64,000 nt of DNA, taken from positions 1 to 64,000 of the IMG/VR virus record IMGVR_UViG_3300043466_001742; one strand, 5' to 3'. Within the stretch, counting starts at the first letter, position 1; the number at the start of each line of letters is the position of its first letter. Made by a program: the position numbers and the translations under genes. Positions 9,620-21,518 of this stretch are shown here, one piece after another. This DNA is from an uncultured virus (IMG/VR IMGVR_UViG_3300043466_001742). Taxonomy: Duplodnaviria; Heunggongvirae; Uroviricota; Caudoviricetes. Under the pieces are notes generated by a model that did not search any database, was not told the DNA's origin, and saw only the letters and a program-made list of their open reading frames with translations.

Positions 9620-11458
9620 ATGGCGGAAAAGAAAATATCATACACAGCTAGGGACTTTCAAACAATAAGAACCGAGTTAATCAATTTTACAAGAACTTAT
9701 TACCCAGACCTTATTCAGAATTTCAATGATGCTGGGGTGTTTTCTGTTCTTATGGACTTAAATGCGGCAGTAACGGACAATCTACATTTCCAAATAGATA
9801 GGAGTATTCAAGAAACCGTATTACAATACGCACAACAAAAATCATCAATTTACAATATAGCAAGAACTTATGGATTAAAAATACCAGGACAAAGACCATC
9901 AGTTGCATTAGTTGATTTTTCAATCACAGTTCCGGCTTTTGGTGATAAGGAAGATTTAAGATACTGTGGTGTTTTAAGAAGAGGATCACAAGCGTCCGGA
10001 GCGGGACAACCATTTGAGACCGTATATGATATTGACTTTGCATCACCAATTAATGCTGAAGGATCACCAAATAGATTAAAAATACCAAATTTTGATGCAA
10101 ACGGAAAGTTATTAAATTATACAATTACAAAAAGAGAAGTTGTTGTAAATGGTATTACCAAAGTATTCAAAAGAGTAATTACACCAAATGATGTAAAACC
10201 TTATTTTGAATTATTTTTACCAGAAAAAAATGTTTTGGGTATTACAAGTGTTATTTTAAAAGACGGAACACAATATACTAATATTCCAGAACCACAAGAA
10301 TTTTTAGGTCTTGATAATAGATGGTATGAAGTAAAAGCTCTCGCTGAAGATAGGGTGTTTATTGAAGACCCAACAAAAGTATCAGACCAACCTGGAATTA
10401 AAGTTGGTAAATATGTTACAACAAATACAAAATTCATATCGGAATATACTCCGGAAGGTTATTTAAAAATGACATTTGGTGGTGGAAACATTTCGGCTGA
10501 AGAACAATTAAGAGAATTTGCAAGAACCGGAAATTCTTTTGATTTGAATAAGTATTCAAATAATTTAGCATTGGGTTCGGCATTAAAGTCAAACTCTACT
10601 TTGTTTATTCAATATAGAATTGGTGGCGGACAAGCATCAAATCTTGGTGCAAATGTTATAACACAAATTGGTACTGTTTCATTTTTTGTTAATGGTCCAT
10701 CTGAAAGTGTAAATAGAAGTGTAATTAACACATTGAGATGTAATAATGTGACGGCAGCTATTGGGGGTGCAAACGCACCAACAACAGAAGATGTTAGACA
10801 AATGGTTTCGTTTAACTTTGCGGCACAAAATAGAGCAACAACGATTAACGATTATGAGTCATTAATTAGAACAATGCCATCACAATTTGGAGCTCCAGCA
10901 AAAGTATCAATCACAGAAGAAAATAATAAGATTAAAATTAAAATGTTGTCATTTGACGCTAGTGGTAATTTAACTGACACAATATCAAACACATTAAAAA
11001 ATAATGTCGCCAATTATCTTTCAAATTATAGAATGATAAATGATTATATTTCCATTGAAAGTGCAAATCCGATTGATTTATCTATTGATGTTGATGTTGT
11101 TTTGGATGCGACACAAAACCAAGGTGCGCTTGTGTCTAAACTCATTAATTTGGTTACAACATTCTTTAGCCCTACAACAAGACAATTGGGTCAAAATGTT
11201 AATGTATCAGAATTGAGAAGAATTATTCAAAACGAAAATGGTATTGTTAGTATTTCAGATATTAGATTCTACAATAAAGTTGGGGGTCAATATTCATCAA
11301 ATCAAACATCACAAAGATATTCTGATGCGGCAACAAAACAAATTCAGTTAATTAACGACACAATTTTTGCCGAACCAACACAGATTTATCAAATTAGATT
11401 CCCAAACAAAGATATTAATGTTAGGGTAATTAATCTAAAAACCGTGAATTTTTCATAA
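9620..11458 (+). CDS. Baseplate wedge protein, gp6/Baseplate-J-like
   Basis: YTARDFQTIR N-terminus, YRIGGG, AAIGGA and QNRATTINDY motifs. Follows the gp25-like gene. Confidence 0.85.
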   Translation: MAEKKISYTARDFQTIRTELINFTRTYYPDLIQNFNDAGVFSVLMDLNAAVTDNLHFQIDRSIQETVLQYAQQKSSIYNIARTYGLKIPGQRPSVALVDFSITVPAFGDKEDLRYCGVLRRGSQASGAGQPFETVYDIDFASPINAEGSPNRLKIPNFDANGKLLNYTITKREVVVNGITKVFKRVITPNDVKPYFELFLPEKNVLGITSVILKDGTQYTNIPEPQEFLGLDNRWYEVKALAEDRVFIEDPTKVSDQPGIKVGKYVTTNTKFISEYTPEGYLKMTFGGGNISAEEQLREFARTGNSFDLNKYSNNLALGSALKSNSTLFIQYRIGGGQASNLGANVITQIGTVSFFVNGPSESVNRSVINTLRCNNVTAAIGGANAPTTEDVRQMVSFNFAAQNRATTINDYESLIRTMPSQFGAPAKVSITEENNKIKIKMLSFDASGNLTDTISNTLKNNVANYLSNYRMINDYISIESANPIDLSIDVDVVLDATQNQGALVSKLINLVTTFFSPTTRQLGQNVNVSELRRIIQNENGIVSISDIRFYNKVGGQYSSNQTSQRYSDAATKQIQLINDTIFAEPTQIYQIRFPNKDINVRVINLKTVNFS

Positions 11459-11532
11459 TAATTTATTTATTGGGTTTTAATCTTATTTTTCTAAAATAGG
11501 AAATAAACTATTTATCAAAAAAGTAGAATTTA

Positions 11533-14500
11533 ATGCCCAAATCATATAGAATAAGAACCGAAATTGGTCAAGACAAATACATAAATGTCAAGTTAGAACA
11601 AGATTTTGACCAGTTAGAGATACTTTCACTAAAAATAAATGAATCTGACATTTATACAAGAGTTTGTTCTGACTATGGTGTTGTTGTTGGTAGGGTATTG
11701 GTAAATGGTGGTTTTGGGGTTCCAAACGCTAAAGTATCTGTTTTCGTTCCATTAACACAAGAGGATGAAACAAATCCAATAATCTCTGAGTTATATCCAT
11801 ATAAAAATTTATCAGACTTAAATGAAGAAGGTTATAGATATAATTTATTACCAAAAGACCCATCTTATTCGGTTCATGCCGCAACAGGAACATTCCCAAC
11901 AAGACAAGAAGTTTTACTAGATCAATCATATATTGAAGTGTATGATAAGTATTATAAGTTTTCGGTAAAGACAAATGATAGTGGTGACTTTATGATATTT
12001 GGCGTTCCAACCGGAACTCAAACATTGGTAATGGATGTTGATTTATCGGACATTGGTTGTTTTTCATTATCACCACAAGATTTAATCGACGCCGGTGTTG
12101 CTAGTCCGTCACAAGTAAATGGGAATAGATTTAAATCGTCTTCAAACCTAAGTGAATTACCACAAATTAAAACTTTAAATAGAGTTGTTGAAGTTTCACC
12201 ATTTTGGGGTGATGTTGATATTTGTCAATTTGGTATTACAAGAGTTGATTTTGATTTAACGGCCGAAGCAAATATTAAAATTGAACCAACAGCGGTTTTT
12301 ATGGGTTCAATTGTTTCGACAACAAATGAAGATGCGATTAAAAGAAATTGCAAACCAAAAAATGATACTGGTAATATGTGTGATTTAATTGCAGGTCCTG
12401 GACAAATATTGGCAATTAGGCAAACAATTTTTACTGACAACAACGGAAATCCAGCATTGGAAGAATTTAAATTTGAAGAGGGTGGAAAATTAATTGATGA
12501 GAATGGAACATGGATGATTAATATTCCTATGAATATTAATTATGTTATAACAAATGAGTTTGGACAACAAGTCATTTCAAACGACCCTAAAAAAGGAATA
12601 CCAACTAAAGGAAAATATAGATTTAAAATCAAATGGCAAAACGAACAAGGAATTCAAAATGATTTTTTAAGAGGTAATTTTCTTGTCCCAAATATAAAAG
12701 AACACGGATGGACATCATCTGGGAACGACCCATTTAATCCTAATTCAGCGTCTCAAGTAACAGTAACATTACCAGCTGGAACTGTAACAGGATCAACAAT
12801 ACCAGTAGTTGGGACTGGTGGTTATTTACTTGAAGATACAATAAATTCATCAAATTTAACAGTTATAATAAACGGACAACCATATTTTGGTGATACAACA
12901 TCAATACCGGTTACCGCTGGCGACACAATTCAGTTTATCTCAAACCCAATTGATGACACACAATCACAGACATTTAATATTACTTTTTTACCACAAAATT
13001 ATTTTGAAGTGTTAAAATCATACGCCTTTAGTTTGGATTGGGATGATTATGCGGATAAACAATCGGCAATTGATTGTGAAGATACTTTTTATGAATTTAA
13101 TTATAATAAAGTATATACTGTAAGTTCGTTTATTGATAGATATAAAAATGGTAAAGGAAGATCAAGACATTTGGGTATAAAAGAAATAACAAATAGAGCT
13201 TGTCAGAGTGAAAATAATAAATTTCCAGTAAATGACCTACAAAGAAATTTTGATTTTATTGAGTTTGTCGTAAGTATATTATTGTTTATTTTAAAATTTC
13301 CAATAATAATTCTAATATCTTTAGCACATTTTATTGCGGCAATTTGGCCAATTTTTAAATGGGTTATTGTAATATTCATCCCATTATTACTAACTTATCT
13401 AATAATACAAGCGGCGAGTAATGTTGCAGGTGCCGTACCCTTTGCTCTAGGTCAGTTAATTGGTAATCTTTTAGCTATTGTGATTTATTCAGCAATATTA
13501 GCCTTTTTTTTAATAAAAATAGCACCAAAAATTATAGCAAAAAAAGGGTTCTCAAAAATTGCATTACCTATGATTTCATATCCAGATTGTGATGCTTGTC
13601 CGTGTGAAGATAGGGGATCAGATTTTGATGAAGTTGAAAGTTTTGCATCTGGAACAGGCGAAGGTAATTTTTCAAAATTAGCTAATATTAGTACATCAAC
13701 AAATTACCAATGTGGTAGAGATACGGCAAATTATAATAGAAATCCATATTTAAATAAGTTGTATGAGGATGAGTGCCCAACTAGTGTAACATTAGAAGCG
13801 ACAAATAGTTATAATCAAATTTTTTCTGGTGTTGACGATCCTGCAGTTTCTTGGAGAAGAGGTTCAAGATCTTTTATAACAAGAAACGAAGATTGTAATC
13901 GTCGTAGGGATGAATTCGGTTATCCTGTTACAGAACCTTGGCCACAAAAATTAAATTCATTTAATTTGAGGGATAAATATTTTGATAGTGCCTCATCAAG
14001 TATTGGTGGTATTAATCAAATTACAACAAGTGTTAATGGGTCACCAAATTTTAAAGACCAAATCGTTATTTTACTTTGTGATGTTGGAATGACATCAGAA
14101 TTCCAATCCGGAGATTTATTAACATTTCAAAATCCAGCATTATCACCAGACTTAATAAGATTAACAGGATTAACAGACTCAACTGGTGGAACAATAACAA
14201 ATGAATTTGGAACTTCATCTATAACTGGTACAACAACAACCGGAACAACAATATCAAAAACAATTTGGTATGCTAATCCTAATAATCCTAATAATAGTTT
14301 ATCAACAACAATACAAATCATACAAACAGGGAATACAAAAACAAATTATAAATTTGTTAGTGATATTGAATATTTCCAAGTAGTGACTGGGATGACAACT
14401 CAGGAATTTTTAAATAAAAGTAACTTAACAAGAGGTTCTTTTCCAAGTGAATATCTTTTACATAGAATAAGATATAATTATGAACAATTTGATGGAAACG

Positions 14501-16863
14501 ATGATTATACCCAAAGTTGGTCTTCTTTATTTACACAATGCCAACAGTGGGACCAGTTAAGTATTTTGGTATTAGTTAGAGGTGTGGATCCTTACACTGA
14601 AAAACAAAATATAACATATGGTTTAGGTCGAATATTTGGTTATTCAAATCATAACCAAGTCCAAGTTTCAGGTAAATTTAAATTAAATTATCCAATTAGA
14701 GGTTATTCTGATGGGTTAAAACCAATTGAACATAATACTAATGATAATTCACCAAGTGTTTCACCAACGGATAGAAAAAATTATTATCCATCATTTACCT
14801 TTACTCCAGACACTATGTTGTTCTCTCAATATACGAATACAAACTCAAAATTACCATATTATTATTTATCAACAGATAGGAATAATTCTAATTTACCTGG
14901 TAATTATAGACCAGATTTAGGATTAGCAACAAATTTAAATTTAAATAATCTTATTGTACCAACAACAAATAGACTTAATCAAAACCTTTCGTTTGGTGGA
15001 GACTTCAAGGTATATAACCTAATGCTACCTTTTAGAAATTCACTGTCAAACCCAAATAATCGTCAAGATGATCAACTCACAGATTCAACAGGACCACAAA
15101 ATACAGCAGGTAATGATTTAATATCTCCATTAGAATCTTACTATGTTGGTGGTGGTTCATTTTTAATAAGTCCAAGATTAAGATCTGATCGATTTATTGG
15201 TGGTGATTACGATCGGAGTCCTGTTTATTGGTGGTTATATTCACCTGGTTATCACACATATTCTACACTACCAGGTGTTAATTTTAATAACCCACAAGGT
15301 ATTATTATGAGAAGTGATAGACTACCAACATCAACGAATAGTGAAGGATCTGTTGGTAATCCAAATACAAGTTTTGCACTACACCAAAATAATAGTTTTG
15401 CAATATACAAAATACCAAATGAGGGTATATTATCGGCACCACTTTCAACAACATCCACAAGTCCAGATTCAACCGGAGTATCACAAGATTTAGATTATTC
15501 TGGTGCGATTGGAACATCAATTGTGGAATCTTTAAGTTGTAATGGGTTAGTTGAGTTAAAATGTTATACTGGTTCTGGTGTTAATTTTGGTATAAATCAA
15601 GAATGTTCAAAAGATGATAAAGTAAAGGGTGGTTGCTATTATCTATTAAACAAACCATATATATCTAGTATTGACGACGACATAAAATTATTTTTAGAAT
15701 GGTCTGCAAGGTTTAGAATAAATTTTGCCGCATGTCGTGGTGTATTTAGTCATATGTTCCAAAACAATTGGATAAATGGTGTATTATATATGCCAACATT
15801 TAATAAAGGAACAATATTTAATATAACAGGACAAGTAACTAATTATGAATATTGTAATGATATTATTATTTTTAACGATATAAGTAATAATTTCTATTAT
15901 AGAAGCTCCCCATGGGATGGAACCAATTTTATTGGTGCATTACCACCAGCACCAACTTCTGCATTACCAGGTTTATTACCAGCACCACAATCAGACAAGT
16001 CACAAAATGAAAAACAAATACTATTTCCAACAACAATTATGGATTTGGGTAATAGAGATGAGTTTATTGCTGAAATATGTGCAAACCCAACTTTTTCTGG
16101 TGAATATTTAATTAACACCATAAAAAGTAGCACATATAATGATAATTCAGATTTGTTACAATTAGGTATTGTTTCTAGATTATTAAATTCTACTTGGGCA
16201 CAACAATTACTTAGTGTTGGGGACGCCTCAGTTAATCAGTTCTTTTCAAGAGAAGGGGACAGAATTGATGGTGATTTTGCACAATCATTTTCTATAAATT
16301 CTGAATATGAAATAAATCCATTTATAAGTGGGAATTATCCGGATAATCAAATTTATCTTGGTGAAGATACATCTGGAAAACCTGTTTTTGGTATTTTTTA
16401 TGATTTAAATGAACAACAATATAAAAATAGAAGAGCGGTAAGTCCCGGTGTTTCAATATATAATATTTCACCACTATTACAAGATTATTATGGATACCAA
16501 TCAACACAAGAAGTCCCTAATTATAAGTGGAAATTAAATTCAAATACAAGTATTTTTGGTAATGAAACCAACAATTGGTACACAACTTCACCATTTTATA
16601 AAAAGAAATATCAACAATTTGATGCAAGTTCTGGAGATTATTTTACAACACCAACATCAACTTCGCCAGCGATAAATTTAGGTTTTATAACCAATTTTAC
16701 ACCATTTTATAGTTTTACCGGAACCTTAACACCAGAACCAAATGGTGGGACTTCAACACCATTTTTAGTTGGTGGGCCAAATCATTTCTACTTTGGTTTA
16801 AAAAATGGTAAAACAGCACTAAATCGGTTCATAAAAACATATTTAGAAACAGAGGAAGACTAA
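11533..16863 (+). CDS. Very large baseplate/tail-associated protein with internal hydrophobic segments
   Basis: 1776 aa, with an N-terminal carboxypeptidase-regulatory-like sandwich (GVVVGRV...VPNAKVSVF, TNDSGDFMIFGVP). Lies in the baseplate operon. Confidence 0.65.
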   Translation: MPKSYRIRTEIGQDKYINVKLEQDFDQLEILSLKINESDIYTRVCSDYGVVVGRVLVNGGFGVPNAKVSVFVPLTQEDETNPIISELYPYKNLSDLNEEGYRYNLLPKDPSYSVHAATGTFPTRQEVLLDQSYIEVYDKYYKFSVKTNDSGDFMIFGVPTGTQTLVMDVDLSDIGCFSLSPQDLIDAGVASPSQVNGNRFKSSSNLSELPQIKTLNRVVEVSPFWGDVDICQFGITRVDFDLTAEANIKIEPTAVFMGSIVSTTNEDAIKRNCKPKNDTGNMCDLIAGPGQILAIRQTIFTDNNGNPALEEFKFEEGGKLIDENGTWMINIPMNINYVITNEFGQQVISNDPKKGIPTKGKYRFKIKWQNEQGIQNDFLRGNFLVPNIKEHGWTSSGNDPFNPNSASQVTVTLPAGTVTGSTIPVVGTGGYLLEDTINSSNLTVIINGQPYFGDTTSIPVTAGDTIQFISNPIDDTQSQTFNITFLPQNYFEVLKSYAFSLDWDDYADKQSAIDCEDTFYEFNYNKVYTVSSFIDRYKNGKGRSRHLGIKEITNRACQSENNKFPVNDLQRNFDFIEFVVSILLFILKFPIIILISLAHFIAAIWPIFKWVIVIFIPLLLTYLIIQAASNVAGAVPFALGQLIGNLLAIVIYSAILAFFLIKIAPKIIAKKGFSKIALPMISYPDCDACPCEDRGSDFDEVESFASGTGEGNFSKLANISTSTNYQCGRDTANYNRNPYLNKLYEDECPTSVTLEATNSYNQIFSGVDDPAVSWRRGSRSFITRNEDCNRRRDEFGYPVTEPWPQKLNSFNLRDKYFDSASSSIGGINQITTSVNGSPNFKDQIVILLCDVGMTSEFQSGDLLTFQNPALSPDLIRLTGLTDSTGGTITNEFGTSSITGTTTTGTTISKTIWYANPNNPNNSLSTTIQIIQTGNTKTNYKFVSDIEYFQVVTGMTTQEFLNKSNLTRGSFPSEYLLHRIRYNYEQFDGNDDYTQSWSSLFTQCQQWDQLSILVLVRGVDPYTEKQNITYGLGRIFGYSNHNQVQVSGKFKLNYPIRGYSDGLKPIEHNTNDNSPSVSPTDRKNYYPSFTFTPDTMLFSQYTNTNSKLPYYYLSTDRNNSNLPGNYRPDLGLATNLNLNNLIVPTTNRLNQNLSFGGDFKVYNLMLPFRNSLSNPNNRQDDQLTDSTGPQNTAGNDLISPLESYYVGGGSFLISPRLRSDRFIGGDYDRSPVYWWLYSPGYHTYSTLPGVNFNNPQGIIMRSDRLPTSTNSEGSVGNPNTSFALHQNNSFAIYKIPNEGILSAPLSTTSTSPDSTGVSQDLDYSGAIGTSIVESLSCNGLVELKCYTGSGVNFGINQECSKDDKVKGGCYYLLNKPYISSIDDDIKLFLEWSARFRINFAACRGVFSHMFQNNWINGVLYMPTFNKGTIFNITGQVTNYEYCNDIIIFNDISNNFYYRSSPWDGTNFIGALPPAPTSALPGLLPAPQSDKSQNEKQILFPTTIMDLGNRDEFIAEICANPTFSGEYLINTIKSSTYNDNSDLLQLGIVSRLLNSTWAQQLLSVGDASVNQFFSREGDRIDGDFAQSFSINSEYEINPFISGNYPDNQIYLGEDTSGKPVFGIFYDLNEQQYKNRRAVSPGVSIYNISPLLQDYYGYQSTQEVPNYKWKLNSNTSIFGNETNNWYTTSPFYKKKYQQFDASSGDYFTTPTSTSPAINLGFITNFTPFYSFTGTLTPEPNGGTSTPFLVGGPNHFYFGLKNGKTALNRFIKTYLETEED

Positions 16864-18599
16864 TGGGAATAGATAATACAACAACAATAGTATTAGGAAG
16901 TGAAAGATTTAAATCATCACAAGATACTAATTTGTCATTGGATGTCAGTTTGAATGGTAATCAAAAAGAAATTATTGAATTTGACAGAAATGTTGATTTA
17001 AGCTTACAAACTGTTTTTGACGAAGAACGACAATCATCAACAGTATTTAGACCAAGTTGTAAATATTCTTTTATATTTCAAAATGAGTTTATTGGGAAAA
17101 CAACTTATGCACCATTTAGAAACAATCTTTATTATACAAATGCAATAAAAAATAAAGTTTCCCAAATTACAAATCCAAATATTCCTTGGCAGGGCTATCC
17201 CCAATATTTTGAATTTGATTTAATAAGAACTGACAACAACACCGTTGGTTATACCAAACCACCAAATAACCATTTAACTTTTATTAACAAAAGTGCTAGC
17301 ACATATAACTGGTCACATTATATAACATATGTCTATGATAATGACTACAATAAACCATTATACGCTATTGATCCCCAAACTCAAACATCTTGGTATTGGA
17401 CAGCAAATGACGGACTACCATTTAGGATTTCAGTTGGTACGGATCAAAACCAAAATGAAATATCGTTTAAATGTCCGGTAAAACACGGACTACAATCTGG
17501 TGAGTATGTAAAATTACCATTTAGCTACAATGGGAATAGTATATTTCAAGTAAGTAGTATTGGTGATGTTGGATATGGTAGTGATTTATACATATTTAAT
17601 ATTGATAATGTTGGTTATACCGGAACCACATTCCAAACTGGAACAATTGGTAGTTTTAAGAGAATAATAAATAATGAGAATATCAAAGAAACAACCTCAA
17701 AATATTATGTAAGAAAACATAAAGTTTTAACAAATGCTGATTGTGCGGTATTGGTTAAGGCTGGGTTTGAACTTAATAATTTTAGGTCAAAATCAAAACT
17801 TGAAAAAGCCGTAATTACACCAGATGGTGTTGAAAGAACATCAATAAAAGAAGGAAATCAAAGTTATACACTTTCGTTTAATTGTGATATTGACATTAAC
17901 TCATTGAGAGATAATCAAAAAAGACCAATAACAGAATTACACTTTACAACAATTTGGAAAGGGTATTTTGGTTGGACCAAAAATCTAAAACAAGGTTTTG
18001 ATTTTAATGCTCCATTGGTTAATAACCTACCAAATAGTTGGTGGGATCAAACAAATCCATTATCATCAACAGGTATTCCACAATTACAATATAACTCATC
18101 AACATTACCACCTGAAGGTCCATTTTATTATAATGGCGATTTAAATGTTGGTGATGTTATTGATGGTTCATATTGTGAATGGAATGATTATGAACAAAAT
18201 GAAAGGGTTATATCAGAAATTAACCATAAAATAACATTTAACGGTACTTTCTTTGAAGTTCCATCAGATTCACCATCAACAAATCCACTTGGGTATTATT
18301 ATAGACCACATTCAGCATTAACAATTAGAGTATTTTCTGATTATATTGAGGAAGCACCAAGAGACGGTGTTTTAGGTGTTCCGGATTATGCTTACTATTC
18401 GGATTTATCAAATAGTTTTAGGTGGAGAGACATTTATACTTATGGCTTTATTGACACATCAGATATTGGTGTGGATTATCCATTTTTGAACGGAAAACAT
18501 TATCCATACGCTAATTATATATTTAGAGTTTATCCAGAAGGTATTAACCTACAAAACATAAATGAAATTGTAACACCTACCGAAGATGAGTGTGAATAA
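16863..18599 (+). CDS. Putative virion structural protein
   Basis: 578 aa, translationally coupled within the baseplate operon. Confidence 0.6.
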   Translation: MGIDNTTTIVLGSERFKSSQDTNLSLDVSLNGNQKEIIEFDRNVDLSLQTVFDEERQSSTVFRPSCKYSFIFQNEFIGKTTYAPFRNNLYYTNAIKNKVSQITNPNIPWQGYPQYFEFDLIRTDNNTVGYTKPPNNHLTFINKSASTYNWSHYITYVYDNDYNKPLYAIDPQTQTSWYWTANDGLPFRISVGTDQNQNEISFKCPVKHGLQSGEYVKLPFSYNGNSIFQVSSIGDVGYGSDLYIFNIDNVGYTGTTFQTGTIGSFKRIINNENIKETTSKYYVRKHKVLTNADCAVLVKAGFELNNFRSKSKLEKAVITPDGVERTSIKEGNQSYTLSFNCDIDINSLRDNQKRPITELHFTTIWKGYFGWTKNLKQGFDFNAPLVNNLPNSWWDQTNPLSSTGIPQLQYNSSTLPPEGPFYYNGDLNVGDVIDGSYCEWNDYEQNERVISEINHKITFNGTFFEVPSDSPSTNPLGYYYRPHSALTIRVFSDYIEEAPRDGVLGVPDYAYYSDLSNSFRWRDIYTYGFIDTSDIGVDYPFLNGKHYPYANYIFRVYPEGINLQNINEIVTPTEDECE

Positions 18600-19395
18600 A
18601 ATAAAAATTGTTCTTCCAGATACTAACAAGTATGTTAATGTTCCCGTTGAATTAAATTGGGATTTTATGGGTAGGGATGATAGTATTGAAGAATATCAAA
18701 AAAAGATGGTAAAGGAAGTTATTGGGATTGCCAATGATTTTGAAACATTAAGATTTACACATAATCAATTTTTAAATCAATCAACAGAAATAAATTATGA
18801 GTTTTCATTTTTTGATAATTCGCAACCAATAACCGCAAGCACATTAACAATCTCCAATTGGGATATATCATATCAAAATCAAGGATTTACACCTTCAGAT
18901 ATTTATTATTTTACAAAACCATTCACAAAGTCGTTCTTTAAGTTGGATTTTTATGACACACCGGAAGACAAAACGCAAACTTTGTATTTCTCAATAATAT
19001 TACCGGTTCAACAAGGCCAGACCGAAAGTGTTTCACTTTCATCATTATTACCAAATGTTGATATTAAGAAACCAAAATTTGCCTTGGATTATATTGGAGA
19101 TAAGGAAGGGTTTTTTATTTATTGGTTAAGAAAAAGAGATTTTATAAACATTAATGAGTTTTATATGTCAGCAAAATTCTTTAATGGAAGACGAGGGGTT
19201 TATGCGACAATGACAAATAAAGTCCAACCACAAATCTTACCATCAAGATTTAATTTCTTGGGTAGCGATTATTTTTACTATAAAGTTAATTTGAACTATA
19301 ACACAAAAACATATGAGGTTTTTGAAACCTCAACAAACACGAGGGTTGGAGATACTCCAAATCCGATAAAATGGTATGAATATGTAAATCCATAA
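18586..19395 (+). CDS. Putative virion structural protein
   Basis: Overlaps both neighbours in the structural operon. Confidence 0.6.
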   Translation: MSVNKIKIVLPDTNKYVNVPVELNWDFMGRDDSIEEYQKKMVKEVIGIANDFETLRFTHNQFLNQSTEINYEFSFFDNSQPITASTLTISNWDISYQNQGFTPSDIYYFTKPFTKSFFKLDFYDTPEDKTQTLYFSIILPVQQGQTESVSLSSLLPNVDIKKPKFALDYIGDKEGFFIYWLRKRDFININEFYMSAKFFNGRRGVYATMTNKVQPQILPSRFNFLGSDYFYYKVNLNYNTKTYEVFETSTNTRVGDTPNPIKWYEYVNP

Positions 19396-20570
19396 TGGAA
19401 GAACAAAAATATTATTTTAAAATATCACCAGAAAATATACTTTCGGATTTGGTAAATATTCCATATACCGCAGGAACCGAAGTAATATATGATATTGACA
19501 ATTGTTGTTTTATTACTGCAACAACCGAGAATACAATTACCGGAACAACAGGACTTTATCTATCAATGCGAGATCTTTTATCTGGTGGAACAAATGGAAC
19601 ATCTTTACTCACAGGATTAACAATACCTATTTTATTTACACAATCTGCTGTTGATATTGGATATTACTCAACATTTGATGGGGCTGTTCTACAAAAAGAA
19701 GTAATCAATAATTTTATTTTTACAGCAAACACATTAAACCCATATAATTATATTTTTTATAACACATCAGAACAAGAGATGATTAAATTTCTTGGTCTTA
19801 TAACATATAAATTAAATTGGGGTGATGGAACACCAGAAATCACATTAACATCGGCCGGACCAATAACACATACATACCCGGCATCAAATGGAACATATAC
19901 AATTACAATGACAGCTAACTCACCTTGGGGTGTTTCGGTTGTCCAAAAAACAATTAAAGTTCCAGTAACACAAATAACAATACCGAACCCAAATGGTAAT
20001 GCTGTATTTTTTCCGGCTGGGGGAAGTTGGTCTGGAACACCAATAAGTTATGATTATATTTTTAGTGGTGATTCAAATACAAATTTATCAGATTTTTATA
20101 GTAGTAATTATACTTCAGTTCCTTTTATTATCAGTGGATTTACTGAATCGTCAATTAACGATTTGGCACAATATGGTCCAAAAGATATGTTGTTTGCTGG
20201 TAAATACAAGATTGGCACCCAAGTAACCGGAACAACCGGTTGTGTTGGAACAGTTTGGGGACCGGATCCATCAAACACATATATATCATATACGATAAAC
20301 AATATTGACTATTATGACTTTGAGGACTATACCTTATATGTCACATATTCTTCTGGATTTAGACAAGACGACCTTGTTATGTCGGCACTTACAAAAAATG
20401 AAGGCTTATTGAATGTGATAGATCAACCGGAAGTCCAAACAAATGTATTTGTTGAACGAGGAAAACAGGCTGTTTTGGAGTATATTGAGAGAATAGGTGA
20501 GGTTGATAATGTTGGTGATTTAGAAAAATACGGATATGGATTTTTCAAAGTCAAAAAAGATACTGCATAA
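19395..20570 (+). CDS. PKD/Ig-like domain virion protein
   Basis: LNWGDGT...THTYPASNGTYTITMTA is a PKD-type signature. Confidence 0.7.
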   Translation: MEEQKYYFKISPENILSDLVNIPYTAGTEVIYDIDNCCFITATTENTITGTTGLYLSMRDLLSGGTNGTSLLTGLTIPILFTQSAVDIGYYSTFDGAVLQKEVINNFIFTANTLNPYNYIFYNTSEQEMIKFLGLITYKLNWGDGTPEITLTSAGPITHTYPASNGTYTITMTANSPWGVSVVQKTIKVPVTQITIPNPNGNAVFFPAGGSWSGTPISYDYIFSGDSNTNLSDFYSSNYTSVPFIISGFTESSINDLAQYGPKDMLFAGKYKIGTQVTGTTGCVGTVWGPDPSNTYISYTINNIDYYDFEDYTLYVTYSSGFRQDDLVMSALTKNEGLLNVIDQPEVQTNVFVERGKQAVLEYIERIGEVDNVGDLEKYGYGFFKVKKDTA

Positions 20571-20612
20571 GTATTTATAACAAAAGAACAATAAATTTAT
20601 AAAACATAAAAA

Positions 20613-21518
20613 GTGGCTACCGGATCCTATGGAGTAATAAGAAGTGCGGATGTCAGTCCCGACGATGTTGAGGTAATATTAAATTATACCCCAAGTAGAG
20701 ATTTGACTGATAATTTTGTATTGACAAAACTTGACGCTAAGACAATATTAAGACCATATTTCAATAACGCCAATACTGGTGGGGCAAACAACGAGGTTCT
20801 TGGTGGTCTTTACAATTTAAAATTACCGGCGGATCAGTTTAATAAACTTGGTATTTATACACTTTATATTAGACCAGCCGAAATTAGAACAACAATTACT
20901 GATTGTGGTATTTTATCTGCACTTCCTAATGTTAAGGGGATTGTTATTGATTTAAATAATGTTCCACAACAATTTAGAAATAAATTTGTAAATCAAGGAC
21001 TTGTTGGATTTAGAGTTGAATATTTAAACTCTGATGGTAGTAAAATTCCCAACTTCTTTAGGATTATTACATCATCTTTTTATTGTGAGCCAGTGGTTCA
21101 AAATTTGACAAATACAAGTCAAAAATCAATTAGATATATCTATGTTGAAGGAACTTCAAACTTACTTTTTTGCACATTATCACCATCGTCATCACCAACA
21201 AATAAACCAAACGCAACACCATTTATCGGACAACCAAACCAAAATATTATTATAACAAATACCTATTTTAATCCAATCACAACTGAAATTGAAATTGTGG
21301 ATCAGGATATTTCTACACTTGCAATTGCTCTTTATGGTAATCAAACTAAATCTATGGATGATGGTATTTACACAATTTACGATAGTGGAAACAACATCTA
21401 CAAACAATACAACTTATACGAAATTAGAGATCAATTTAATAATTTACTTTATGAAGTAAGACAGGATAGAGGTAATAATATTGATTTTAGCAAAGCTTTC
21501 AATAACATAACTGGATAA
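20613..21518 (+). CDS. Putative virion structural protein (GTG start)
   Basis: 301 aa, TATTTAT upstream, coupled to the next gene. Confidence 0.6.
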   Translation: MATGSYGVIRSADVSPDDVEVILNYTPSRDLTDNFVLTKLDAKTILRPYFNNANTGGANNEVLGGLYNLKLPADQFNKLGIYTLYIRPAEIRTTITDCGILSALPNVKGIVIDLNNVPQQFRNKFVNQGLVGFRVEYLNSDGSKIPNFFRIITSSFYCEPVVQNLTNTSQKSIRYIYVEGTSNLLFCTLSPSSSPTNKPNATPFIGQPNQNIIITNTYFNPITTEIEIVDQDISTLAIALYGNQTKSMDDGIYTIYDSGNNIYKQYNLYEIRDQFNNLLYEVRQDRGNNIDFSKAFNNITG

